Shown here one piece after another: positions 38,777 through 50,060 of a stretch of DNA of 64,000 nt. The notes beneath the pieces were generated by a model, which saw only the letters and a list, made by a program, of their open reading frames with translations, was not told the origin of the DNA and did not search any database. The DNA is from Podospora anserina (Eukaryota): the NCBI GenBank assembly GCA_017654855.1, contig CM030333.1, positions 4,588,001-4,652,000 on the forward strand, read 5' to 3'. The position numbers and the translations under genes are program-made. Every line of letters starts with the position of its first letter. The first letter of the stretch is position 1.

Positions 38777-41700
38777 TTTGGCGGTTGAGTGTCTTGTTTG
38801 TTAAGGACAAGAGGTTGTTGTGTTGTGTTGTTGTGAGGGTGGTACTCGGGTGTCAGAGACAGAGCAGAGAGAGCTTGAAGCTTTGGGCAGTGAATTTGCT
38901 TTTTGATGGTGTAGTCTGGTCGAGATATCCTTGTGTAAAAAAAGGAGCAGACAAAGGAGAGCTATTATACCCAAGGCAAGGAAAGTGCCTTGTGTGTAAG
39001 TGAAATTGCCAAGCATGGGCCAAGGGGCAGACAGATGGAGACGGGAAACGGGAAACGAAACTTTTCCCCAACAAGCCCCCCCCTCCTGGATTCCAGCCAA
39101 ACAAAGATCCAGCGCCGTAGCACGAGCTCTGGGCGGAAAGCCGCATGATCATGGCACCCTGGCGCTAAGCCGCCTGGAAGGACAGCGAAAAAAGAGTACA
39201 AGCCTGGTACTTTGCCCTGTAGCCCTCTTTGTTCCAACGCCCGATGGCGCCCTGGGAAAATTTTGCAGGGCAAAGACGCAAGAGCTTCACCAAGATGGCC
39301 TCTTTTGGCATGGCAGTGTCATCATGGGCATTCGCAAGATCTCGCCATTCGGACTGTTGATAAGCTTATCTAGGCATGATACACTACATAGACATAGAGT
39401 CAGAAATGCGATAGATTACCCTATTCTGGTTCTTTTGGTACATGTTCTCAGTCATCCATCATCAAACACCTATGCGGAGAGTGACTCGGCCTTTTCATGG
39501 AGAATGCACAAAAATGATGAGCCCAGAGGCCTGGAATTGGCCATGTTAGCGATTGCGTCAGGTGCTGCAGTGGACCTGGCCAGGACAGGCTTACAGGCTG
39601 TGCCCAGCACGACTGGGCTGAAAATTTGCTGCCGAGAGTCCACCCAAGCTTTCTGTTAGCTTATGAAAACTCACCTGGCCGTCACGAGGCACGCTAATGG
39701 TGCTATCTGTTACGAAATCATTACTCCATCGCAAGCTCCCCTGTCATGTACCTTTTGGCCGGACGCCCCGGCAAACGGTACTTGGTTGGACTGGGCAGCC
39801 CTGCAAGGGACAGTGACGACTTTGTTGTCGAACAACTGTGCGACCACCTGTTTTTCCCATCTCCGCTGCGACGAGGGAAGGAACTTGCAGTGACATGAGA
39901 CGACAAATGGCCAGTATGACCAATATTCAAGGGCTTGCACCATCTCACGTCACCTTCTCATGAAAACGAACAATTCGTCATGAGGGCGACTCCGGCCCGG
40001 CCAGGGAGCGGTCAACATGGCGGCCACGATTCTCAAAAAAGACAGGTCGATGATGCTTCGTCAAGACAGAAAGAACAGAATTTTAAGGTCTCGTGGTTCA
40101 CCCCGGACCTGGATGAAGCTTGGCTGCCAGAACAGGGGACCAAATTGGCACATCCACGCTGGTGGGTTTGTGGAGCCGTTGTTTAAAGGCTACCAAATGA
40201 GGCATCAGAAAAACAATTCGGCAAGTTGGCCGTGGCCAGGTTCCCCAGCAGAATCGGTCGGCCCCGGATTTTCAAGGATCTGAGAGCTCTCCCGTTCGCT
40301 GGTTCCCGCGATCCCCGTCAAGACAGGCATCCCCGCATTGTCGACTCTGCGCTGGCTGTATGTCGTCTCGTTCCCCGCAGGGCATTGAATTCCCAAAGAA
40401 CAATCTGACGAAGCTTCGACTACTCACCTACCCACGAGCTCACATCAGAAGGACAAAGATGCCCTCCTGATCACACCCGCAGCAACGCCTTCACATACTC
40501 ACTTCTCGACTCTCATTCGGCTGCCGCCCGGTATACCTTTTCCTCCTCCAAGAAGTCAATCAAGCGGCAAGGGCGATGGCGAACTTGTGGCTTGGGCGCT
40601 GGGCGGTTAACGCCGGCCGGGCACGCAAGATGACTTCTTTCGTTCAGCTCTCACAGCTGTCTCGCCCCTGGCCAAGCGCCCGCCCCTGTACTGTGTGGCT
40701 GTCATCTGACGTAGAGACATTTCAACATTGTTTCCAGAAGCTCGCCGGGCATTCTCATTGGCCGTGACTGTTGTAGCATTCCGTCATGTTACTCTGCGCA
40801 TTGTAGGCTCCCAGGTACCGTGTGACGCTGGGTGAATCTTGATGCAGGAGAATTGGTGACTGGAGGTATGGTAAGTTGTGTGAGAGTTGGCGGAACAAGA
40901 TATGTAGACCATCTGGGCATTCGGGACACCCAAGTAGGGAAGCCGAAGTCATAAAGTTATCCAGGGTTGAAGTGAAGATGGACAGTCCGGGCCGAAGTTT
41001 CATGACTTCTTTACCGGGCCGACCCTCAAAGTCTCACTGCGGCAATGTTTCGACACAGCATGCGGCTCTTGCTCTAAGTGGGAACTGAGTATAATAACAC
41101 AACATATTATCCTCGTATAGAAAAAACACTTTCATACATCTCGTGCTCGATTCTGAGCACTTTCAATTGTTGAGCTTTTCCTGTGATTTCTGTGGTACGA
41201 GGCGGCCACCAGCCAACTCGAAAAAAAGGCCTACTTCAGCCCGGTTCAGTCATCAAACACTTTCATACACCCATCTCCATTCCTCTCAAGCCAGTCAACC
41301 AACTCTTTTTGGGCATCGCCTTTTGCTATGAAGAGCGGTTGTCGTTCCCTTTGCAAAATCGATCCCACCCCTTTGGCTCCTGTCTCAACATGGATTGAAA
41401 GGTAGTTTGCGGCAGGACCAAACTCGCATGGTTGGAACAATCTCTAGGGAAGAGTGGACAAAATGATGGCAGAAATAGAGGGAAAGCGGATGTCTTTGGG
41501 CACATCAAAAGTGGGTGGCTGTGGTGCCTATCGACGAGAACCTCCGCTGTGGCGTTTAAGACACCACCCACGACAGACTCTGTAACCTAGTGTACAAGAG
41601 TTAAAATAAACCTGAGAGAAAGGAAAATTCGGGATTGTCTTTCCAGACCCTGTCTTATTATCTTCCAGGCAGATCAAGGAACAACTTGACATACTCATAT

Positions 41701-41898
41701 CGAACCCTCATCGAAACCAGCTCCAGGCTTCTGATACAATCATTTTGGAAAATCGTCAACCGTTTGCTGTGAAATATTCTCTTGGTCGTTTGCTGGCTGA
41801 CCCTCTAGCAGTTGCAAGCGAGATCTTTCGTGTGCGCACCACGCCGTTGTTCGCCGGTAAGCCCTAGGCAGTGTTTGCACACGCTTCAGCAGACAAAA

Positions 41899-43125
41899 AT
41901 GTGCAAGGGCCCGAGCAGATTCTATGCCAGCAGCGGCTATGGAAACAGCTGCCAGGGAAGCAGGAGCAGCAGCAGCCGCCCTCGCTCCCCATCACCACCA
42001 CCGCCACCACCCCCTCCTGCAATCAGCACGTTGATGATCATTCCCCCCCTCATCGACACCTCGGGCCCTCACACCCTCTCCCCCTTTGAACCCCGCGACC
42101 ATTCCCTTCCCGATCGTGACGACGAAGGCAAGGGAAAATCCCCCGAGGTCTTCACCCCCATCTCCCCCTTTAACCCAGCCAAATCCGCCTTCGAGGTCAT
42201 CCCCAAATGGAACCAACCACCCCCTTACCCCGGTTCCACCACCACCTACCCCCCCGGCTACAACTTCATCCTCTACCTCAAGATCCTCATAAACTGGTAC
42301 AACACCTACCACCCAACCGGCCACCTCGGCACCTTCGGCTCAACAATCTGCTACCACATCTTTCACCCCACCAACCTCGCCCCCTTCCACCAAACCACCC
42401 TCCGTGAGCACTGGGCCACCCAACCCAGGGTATACACCTGCCCCTCCTGCCCCCTCCCCTACTCCTCCTGCCCACACCGGTGCTTCACCCCCCACGCGGG
42501 CAAGTTCTTTGGTCTATCCAACGACCCTACCATCCTCCTCGACGACCTGTTGACCTGCTTCGGACCGGAGAACCATGACCTCAACGACCACAACTGGGGG
42601 AAGATCCCGAGGATAGAGTTTCAGTCGCTGGAGCAGTACGAGATGTTTCTTTTGGGGGGTTTGTACACGATGGACAACAACCTGAAGAGGAATATGGAGA
42701 CGCGGTTGTTTCAAATTCACGGTTTTTACGTCCATTTCGAAAAGATGGTGAGGGAGTTGGAAGGGGGGGTGGAGGGGTTGCTTGAGTTGTACAGGGGGGT
42801 TGTGGATTTGAGAAACGGGGAGGGGGAGGGGAGGATTTTGGGGGGCGTACTCGAGGAGATTAGACGGCGGGAAAAGGAGGAGGTGATGAGGAAGAAGAGG
42901 AGGTGGGGGGATAGGGGGAATATGGAGGAGGTGATGGTGGGTTGTGATGGGGTGTCTACCGTATCTTCTGGCAGCAGTGAGGGGTGTGTTGGCAGTGACA
43001 AGGCTGCTGACAATGATAAGCGTGATGGTGGGTTTCCTTCCCCGACAAAGAAACGCAAGTCGGTTGGGACGACGGATGATGAGGAGGATGAGGACGCCTT
43101 GGGGGGCCGATTGCTCAGAATATAA
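41899..43125 (+). CDS. Hypothetical (orphan-like) protein, ~408 aa
   Basis: Long ORF from the ATG at 41899 with the same 5' C-rich / 3' G-rich coding pattern as neighbouring genes. It has a Pro-rich N-terminus, a CPSC...CPHRC cluster, and C-terminal PTKKRK (NLS-like). No family recognised. Confidence 0.6.
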   Translation: MCKGPSRFYASSGYGNSCQGSRSSSSRPRSPSPPPPPPPPAISTLMIIPPLIDTSGPHTLSPFEPRDHSLPDRDDEGKGKSPEVFTPISPFNPAKSAFEVIPKWNQPPPYPGSTTTYPPGYNFILYLKILINWYNTYHPTGHLGTFGSTICYHIFHPTNLAPFHQTTLREHWATQPRVYTCPSCPLPYSSCPHRCFTPHAGKFFGLSNDPTILLDDLLTCFGPENHDLNDHNWGKIPRIEFQSLEQYEMFLLGGLYTMDNNLKRNMETRLFQIHGFYVHFEKMVRELEGGVEGLLELYRGVVDLRNGEGEGRILGGVLEEIRRREKEEVMRKKRRWGDRGNMEEVMVGCDGVSTVSSGSSEGCVGSDKAADNDKRDGGFPSPTKKRKSVGTTDDEEDEDALGGRLLRI

Positions 43126-43758
43126 CGCTCGCATGACGCAGGAGCTTTGCAGGCGGCTTGATGAGGAGAGCAACCAGGAGACCAAGAGGCGCCACGGCCT
43201 GACTGAATACGAGATGTGATTTTGGAGGGCTTGTCTTGGTTTTGATTGAAAAGCATTGGCTTTTGGAAGTTGGGGGACAGAAACGCTGTTGTTACTCGGG
43301 TATCTTGAACCGGATACCGCAGCTATGATACGATCTGGAGTTTGAAAAGGGACGGCGTCGTTTTTACCATCTTGAGTTGGAAACAAAACTGGTATATGGT
43401 TCCTATCGGAGTTTTACTTGGAGTAGAAGGACCCCAAAGGTTGGGCTGGGAAGGCAAATCTGTTTTTATTACCAACAGATACCCCTAGATTTGATATGGT
43501 ATGGCAAGGAGCCAGGGAAAGGGACAGCGTTGTCATTTAACTTGGTTATTCGGGAACTGGGAGTGGTTTCTGGAAAGTGTTCGGTTTACTGTCGTTATGG
43601 ACACACATATGAGACACGAAATCCAAAGAGAATGTTTCATTAACCCAACCCAACATGCTCACTGCATATGTGCGTGTATTGTACAAGTTTTGCCCGCCCT
43701 TCCTCATCATCATCACGATACCTGGCACTGCGAATTAGATCAACGCAGAAATGCTGAA

Positions 43759-43926
43759 CTACGCCCTAAAAATAATCAAGACCTTCTTGTGGATAGTCAA
43801 CAGGCCCTCAAAAATCGTTGATAAACTTCAAAAGATAGTTATTCGGTCTCAAAAGAGAGTTATTAAGCCTGAAAGGATAATTACGATGCCTTAAAAGAAC
43901 ATGATAGGTCTTGAAAAAATAGACTA
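43759..43926 (+). repeat. Degenerate 21-nt tandem repeat (about 8 units), probably a decayed heptad-coding relic
   Basis: Units such as TAAACTTCAAAAGATAGTTAT / TCGGTCTCAAAAGAGAGTTAT / TAAGCCTGAAAGGATAATTAC / GATGCCTTAAAAGAACATGAT stay in 21-nt register. Confidence 0.55.
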
Positions 43927-44326
43927 AACGCCTGTTTTCTTCTTGAAAAGGCCCAGTAGAAATCATCTCTCTATATGATACATAGGTACACACATACAAG
44001 TCTAGTCGTGATGGGATATCTCTTAAAAGCAGAGCCATAGCAAGGACTACTCAAAACACAACCACACCTCCGCAAATAACTCGGATCAAAAATGATTATA
44101 TAAACAGGCTAACATTCATCAAAACAAAACTCTCAAGAAATATCCCCCCATCTCCCAAGGAGATAGACTCCAAAAAAGCTTCAAAAAAACGCGTCAGAAA
44201 AAAAAACGCAACCAAGGTATCTCTAAACCGCCCACACCCGTGGTATCCATCCCCCCTCGTTTTTTCATCCCCTATGAAAGAGTTTCTCATGTCTTCGTTT
44301 CAAACAGATATTACCCTGGTATCACT

Positions 44327-47300
44327 TTAGACACCCCTAAACATCCTCACAATCAAGAACCACAACGCGCCAATAAACTTGAACGCACTCAAACCAGCCA
44401 CACTCCACAACACCACCTGCAGGTAAATGTTGGCCTTGTGGGCCTTGGACTCCTCCTCGGTTCTCCCCGAATCGTCCTCCACAACTCTGTCCAGACCGCC
44501 CGTGCTCAGCACGACAGCGACCAGGGCAAAGTTCATCAACATCCAAATCAACACGACCACCGTCCTGACGCCTCTGTAGTAATCCATCTGCTTCTCCTCG
44601 AGCTGAGCCGGTGTTGGGGCCTTGACCTCCTTGACGGGCTTGCGGCTAAAGACTTGCATTTCCCTCTCGTACTGCGCGTTGAGATCGCCCTCATCAGGCA
44701 AATCAGTCTTACCCTGGCCGTCCTTGGTGCTGACTGTGGGCAAAGCATCCGGCTTGTCGTCACCCTTGGTACCCCACGAGATGTCGTGCGTGTTGCAAAA
44801 GGCGTACACGTTCAGGACGTTGGTGTAGGTGGGAGAGAGCAACATATACTGAATCAACGAGGTGAACATGTGCCAGGGGTCGAACATCATGAGCGAGGCG
44901 ATGAACCAAAGACCGTACGTCGACAGAACCGAGATGATCAACGTGTAGAAGACCTGGTTCTTGAACAAAGAATCGATGCTGAAGTTGTTAACTTGCAGAT
45001 CTTGAATGATGGCGTCAACGGCGATGTATACGGCTGCAAACATGAGATAGATGAAGATGATGGCCCAGAAAATAACCATGGCCATGTAATATCTCCCGGA
45101 ACCAGCTGGCCTGTTGCCCATCGCCAAGACGAAGCATGTCATGAGCGATACGCCGTACAGCCAGAGGAACACCACACCCAAGATTTCGCCCACTTTACCC
45201 AATAGTTTTTCGTCTCCCAAGCTTGTCGTCAGGATCTTGAAAACCAAAAAGAAGTTGCCGATAGCGAACCAAGCGAAGATCATGTTGATGGTGTTGAAGA
45301 TGAATTCGATAAAGAAGAAGAATTTGCGGAAAATAGAGTGATCGGACCGGAAGAACTGATGGAAGTGGACAATGGCGTAGATAGCAGCGAAGAAAGAACC
45401 GTTAAGCCAGCGACGACGCTGGAGAATCAACTCGGTAACCGTGTCTGGCACATCAGTCTCGCCCGTGGCCGACTTGACGTACTGAAGAATCCAGTGGCAG
45501 TTCCGCTTGGTGACAAGCTCGAAGCACAGAATACGATCTTCGGCGAGGTACATGTTGGCTGTGAAAATACCAGCATCACCGCCGTGCAGTTTCTCACCAG
45601 CAAAGTACTTCTCCAACGGCCCCTGACCGTTCTTGTCGTTTTGCAGCGCAACGTACCGGTAAGCCGAGAAGGCACCGGGCAAGACGGAAATGAAACCAAA
45701 GGCAGATTCGAGAGGCTTGTCCAATATGTTACTCATCTTGTACTCGAAGTTTTGCGTGGCCACCAGTGGGTTGATCAAATTCTTTCCACCCTTGCCTACA
45801 AGCGATGGTTAGCTACTTATCATGGGAAAGGCATGCGTAAATTGATAGAACCCACCTAGCATAGCCTTGATCTCGCCGCAGGCACCACCGCACATGGGCT
45901 CAAGGTCGAAAGCCTTCCAAAGCTGGTAAATCGAGCTGCCACCAGGCTTGGTACCAGCGTCGATCAACACGCAAATGTTGGGATCCAGCACCTTTCCGAA
46001 GGCGTCAAAGAACCAACGATGAGAGTTGATCTTCTTCTGGTTCTTTTCCTTGAGACAGAAAAGCATCTGAACGGGCTGCTGCTTGGGAATAAGCTGCACA
46101 ACGTCGTTCTTGATGGCCATGCCGACCTGGGTGGTGTATTCGTAGATGTGTGCCGTGACGTCCTTATTGTTAACTTGCTGTTTGGCAATACCCTCTTGAT
46201 ACACGCCCATACCAGCGAGCAAAGCTCTCGTCCTTGGGTTAATCTTGGCACGACCGTCACTAACGACGCACACCACAATCTTCTTCCACGCATCCTTGCC
46301 CCAGGTCTTGCTCTCAGTCCGTTTGCACATGTACTCGACGTTCTTGAACACACCAATCATGGTACGCGCAAACAGAATTTCGTCTTCGTTGTACATGGTG
46401 ACCACAATGAACAGCTCGGTATGTCTGGGCTTGCTGAAGAGCTTTTGGCGGAGGGTGAAGTTCTCGTTGTAGAAATCCGAAGGATCGCAGGTGGCAGCCG
46501 TATATCTCATGTGGGTGAACTCATCGCGCTCTCCGTGGGGAAGCTGGTTCAGCAGCTTTGGAGGAATTGGGCAATCAAGAACCAAGTTCCCGCGGTACAA
46601 CAGAACCTGCTTGACCGTCTTCCACCTCTTGATCGCATTTTGACTTTTTGGCGCCTGCTGCTTGTCGTGATAGGGGTCGTTTTGCCCAACTTGCGAGTCG
46701 TTGTGCGTCAACATCGGCCGTCTGTCGTCCTCGGGGAAATATCCTCCACCCCCGTCATACCCCTGGCCCTGCATGGGCGTTGGCTCATATGGCTGGTTGT
46801 AGTAGGCATCGTGGTGTGCCTCCGGGTTCACCCCATACCCCCCCAAGTTGTCTACGGATTGCTATTCCACCAGAGTCAGTCTTCCGCCCTCAACATCCCC
46901 CCATTCCCAGAGATACTCACAGCGGTCTGCATTTGTAACGAATCACCAGGGCTAAATCTACCAGGACCAGCACTGGGCATATCCAAATGGGAGTGTCCGT
47001 AGGGCGCGTCGTCAAGTTGGTACCCAGATTGCATGGGATGGGCAGGAGAAGGGCTCCTGCGTGGGTTACGCGTCTCCATGGGATGGCTCTCGTAATAATC
47101 GTCGTCTGTACGTCCAGAAAGTTAGCCTTGATCCCCTTCCCCTGAGTAAACTTTCGCCCCTAGCGTAGGCCAGCTTTCCCACATATGCAGGCCAACGTAA
47201 TACGGACCCTTAAGGTAGGTAGAATTAAGAATAAACCAAGCTACTGCGCCGCGAGACCTGACACAGCTTCCACTCGTGCAGTAGGTCGAATGCTGAGCTG

Positions 47301-47714
47301 AGTAGGAGGTATGGTAGGGGTGAAAAGCCGACTTGCACCAGGCAAGACAGAGGAGGACGAGAAACAATGATGCGGCTCGGACAGAGGCCGCGGGCCAGAA
47401 AAGGAGGAACGAGGCACCCAGAAAAACCGGCCACTTGGGCTTTGAAGGGGTAAAGAATGTGATGTGATGCTGGGATCGGCAAAGGTGTGGAGGAGCGAAA
47501 GGTACAAACGCGGAAGGGGTAGGGAGGAGGAAGGGAAACCCAGAGGATTAAGGTCGGGCCTGCCCTTGTAGAGCGACCCACCGCCACCTCGAATTCAGGG
47601 TCTCATGAGGATGGATCACAGGGAAATGTAAGACGAAGGGAAGTGTGGTTCTCATGACAACTGGATTGATGGTAACAAAAGAGTGTGTGACTTACTTAAA
47701 CGATTATACGCCAT
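44327..47714 (-). CDS. chs-3: Chitin synthase, class I, ~892 aa; exons 47714-47696, 47105-46921, 46861-45856, 45795-44327
   Basis: [76 protein letters not shown] and multiple TM segments. N-terminal MAYNRL micro-exon; introns of 590, 59 and 60 nt. Class assigned from the [18 protein letters not shown]...[10 protein letters not shown] region. Confidence 0.9.
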
Positions 47715-50060
47715 GTTTGCTAATGTTGAGTCCCTTTTCGGGGGACTAGGACCTTATTTCTTTCCTGTCTACAAGTTGTAGATTTCTTTTATGTGTGGTA
47801 TGTGGTGGTGGTGGAACAAGAAAAAAGGAGGTGGTTGTCGTCTGCTATCCCTCGGTTTCACAAGTTGCGCCCTCTGCTGGAATGTCGAACTTTCTTGCTT
47901 TCTCCTTGTTCCCCTCTCTCCCTTGAGCTGGCCGCAGCCTGGCGGTCACTATTGCTCGAACAGAAAAGGGTTGAATATTAGTTGGCCCTCTCCGGCCCTT
48001 TGCGCGGCGGCACCAAAAACGCGGCACGAACAGTCTCGCGGGTCGTCGTTCGTCTCGATTTCTTTCTCTAGCGGCGGGAAGGGTTGCGGTTCGGTGCGGA
48101 TAAGTTACAGATGCGCGTTGCTCAGGCGGTCGGTCGGTCGAAGCGCTCACGACAGAATAGAGTTTCTGCTGCCAAGCGAGCAGCAGTGTTTGGGTGCTTT
48201 GGGCTCTGTTGCAAAGAGTAGCAACGGGATCTCCTGGCGAGTGGAATTCTTCTCAAAAAAAGGCGGGAGTCGCAGTTTCGTGAAGGTCAAGCCTTAATGG
48301 ACAGCTGACAGGGGTCTCGAGGGGCAACTGACGGGGGAGGCTCAGCGAATGGACGCGAATGAAGGGGCGTTGCGTCCCAGGGAGATGCCCGGCAGAGCCA
48401 CAAGCACTCCGCTGAACTGTCTTGCGTTTCAGCGCCTAACTTGGGAAGGTGTGACGTTGGGACCTGGGCGGGACTTGATAAGGCGCCTGCTGATTGGGTC
48501 AAGCGCACCGTTTAAGGGGTTGAAATGGAGGGGTGGAAAGCCTGTTTCTGTTTCTCTTGGACTGTGGGGTGCTTTTCTATCAACTATCCCAAAAGATCAC
48601 CATCAACCTCACCTTGTAATCAAAATATCTTGAGATGGGCCGAGTTGTCCTTTGGCAGCCCAGGCTCCGCATTTGACAGAGATCACAGGCATTGCTTGGC
48701 CAGCCTCAGCTGAGCTGAGGGAACCCACGACTGAATCATTCACCCACATCCTCAACAAACACCAACAACAAGCAAGCAATCCGAGAGCCGCCCAGCGGCT
48801 GTGCAGCGCGGCAACCACAGAAACCGCCTCTTCCACACCTCACCCCTGCTCTGTTTTCATCAACCTGAAGATGCTGCCATGCACCCGCTGCGTTCCGCTC
48901 TCATTGCCGCTGCTGCACACCCCCAAAAGAAGCATCCAATTCGACGACCGGTCTTCACTCTGCGTTTGCGTTTCTGCAGTGCAACCATATGAATCCAACT
49001 TCAACCCCAACCCTCCAGCCTACCTATCGATCAAGATTGAGCTTGTGATACACTATAGCATCCATCCATCTTATCTTCATTTGATCACATAGTAGCAGTC
49101 AGGTCGACAATCATCAACCCGCCAGGCCAGGCCAGAACCCCAGACCCAACCTGGAACTTCCCACTCCTCTCTGCCTTTCCATCCTTTATCTTCACGTAAG
49201 AGTACACCTGACAACGGTCTCGACCATCCCAACGGTGACCCCCTTCTTTAACCTCCCAACCCGCAGGTCAGCCCGGTCCCCAGGTCTAGGAAAAATCCCA
49301 TGCTATTTTTACATTTTAACTTTTCCTCGTCTCGCACTCTTTGACATTGTGGAGGAACCAAAAAATCGGGCCGTCTTGTCTGATGTCCTTGGGCCCCCCA
49401 ATTGGAAACGGTTCCTTTTTTTTGCATTGCTAGCAAAAAGTCAATCCAGACTCGCCGCATTTCCTCGTCCATTCAGGTATCCCCATTAGTATAAGCCACT
49501 CGTGCCACGAACACAGTGGCAACCGTGACTATCAACATTAAGGCCAAGGCGTTTTAGCTTGACATTCTCCAACTCCAGAATTCGGTAGTGCGCAATAAAT
49601 TCTGCAGAAAAAAAATGTCGAGATTGGAAACTACAACAACACCCTGCATTTTCTTAACCGCCAAGCATAGTGTTTCGAGCGTGTATTCGTACCCTCACCA
49701 CGTAAGCCCTCCTTCAACGAATCCTAACTGGACAAAGCACCCGCTCCAATCCTCAGCCATTACATTTAGCTTCCCCGTGTTCAACTGTTCAACGGCTTGG
49801 ATGCATACCGCACATTCGACCAATTCACATGGTGATCCCGCCGGCTCGGATTCGGTACGACTCCCTCGCCTGGTTTCATATATGCTGCCGAAATATGCTC
49901 GTCACAAATTCCAATTTCCTCCCACGTTTTGAATATTCACAATGACAAAAAATGAGCAACAATAATATTCCGTTTTGATAAACCCCTTGCCTGCTCTACA
50001 TACTATAACTCAGTCATATTATCCCACTCAGCCAACCATTTTGAAGATTTCAGTTTGCTG

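Noticed and set aside
44240..47002. Plus-strand ORFs of 321 and 327 aa opposite chitin synthase
   Set aside because: Antisense shadows of a codon-biased gene.
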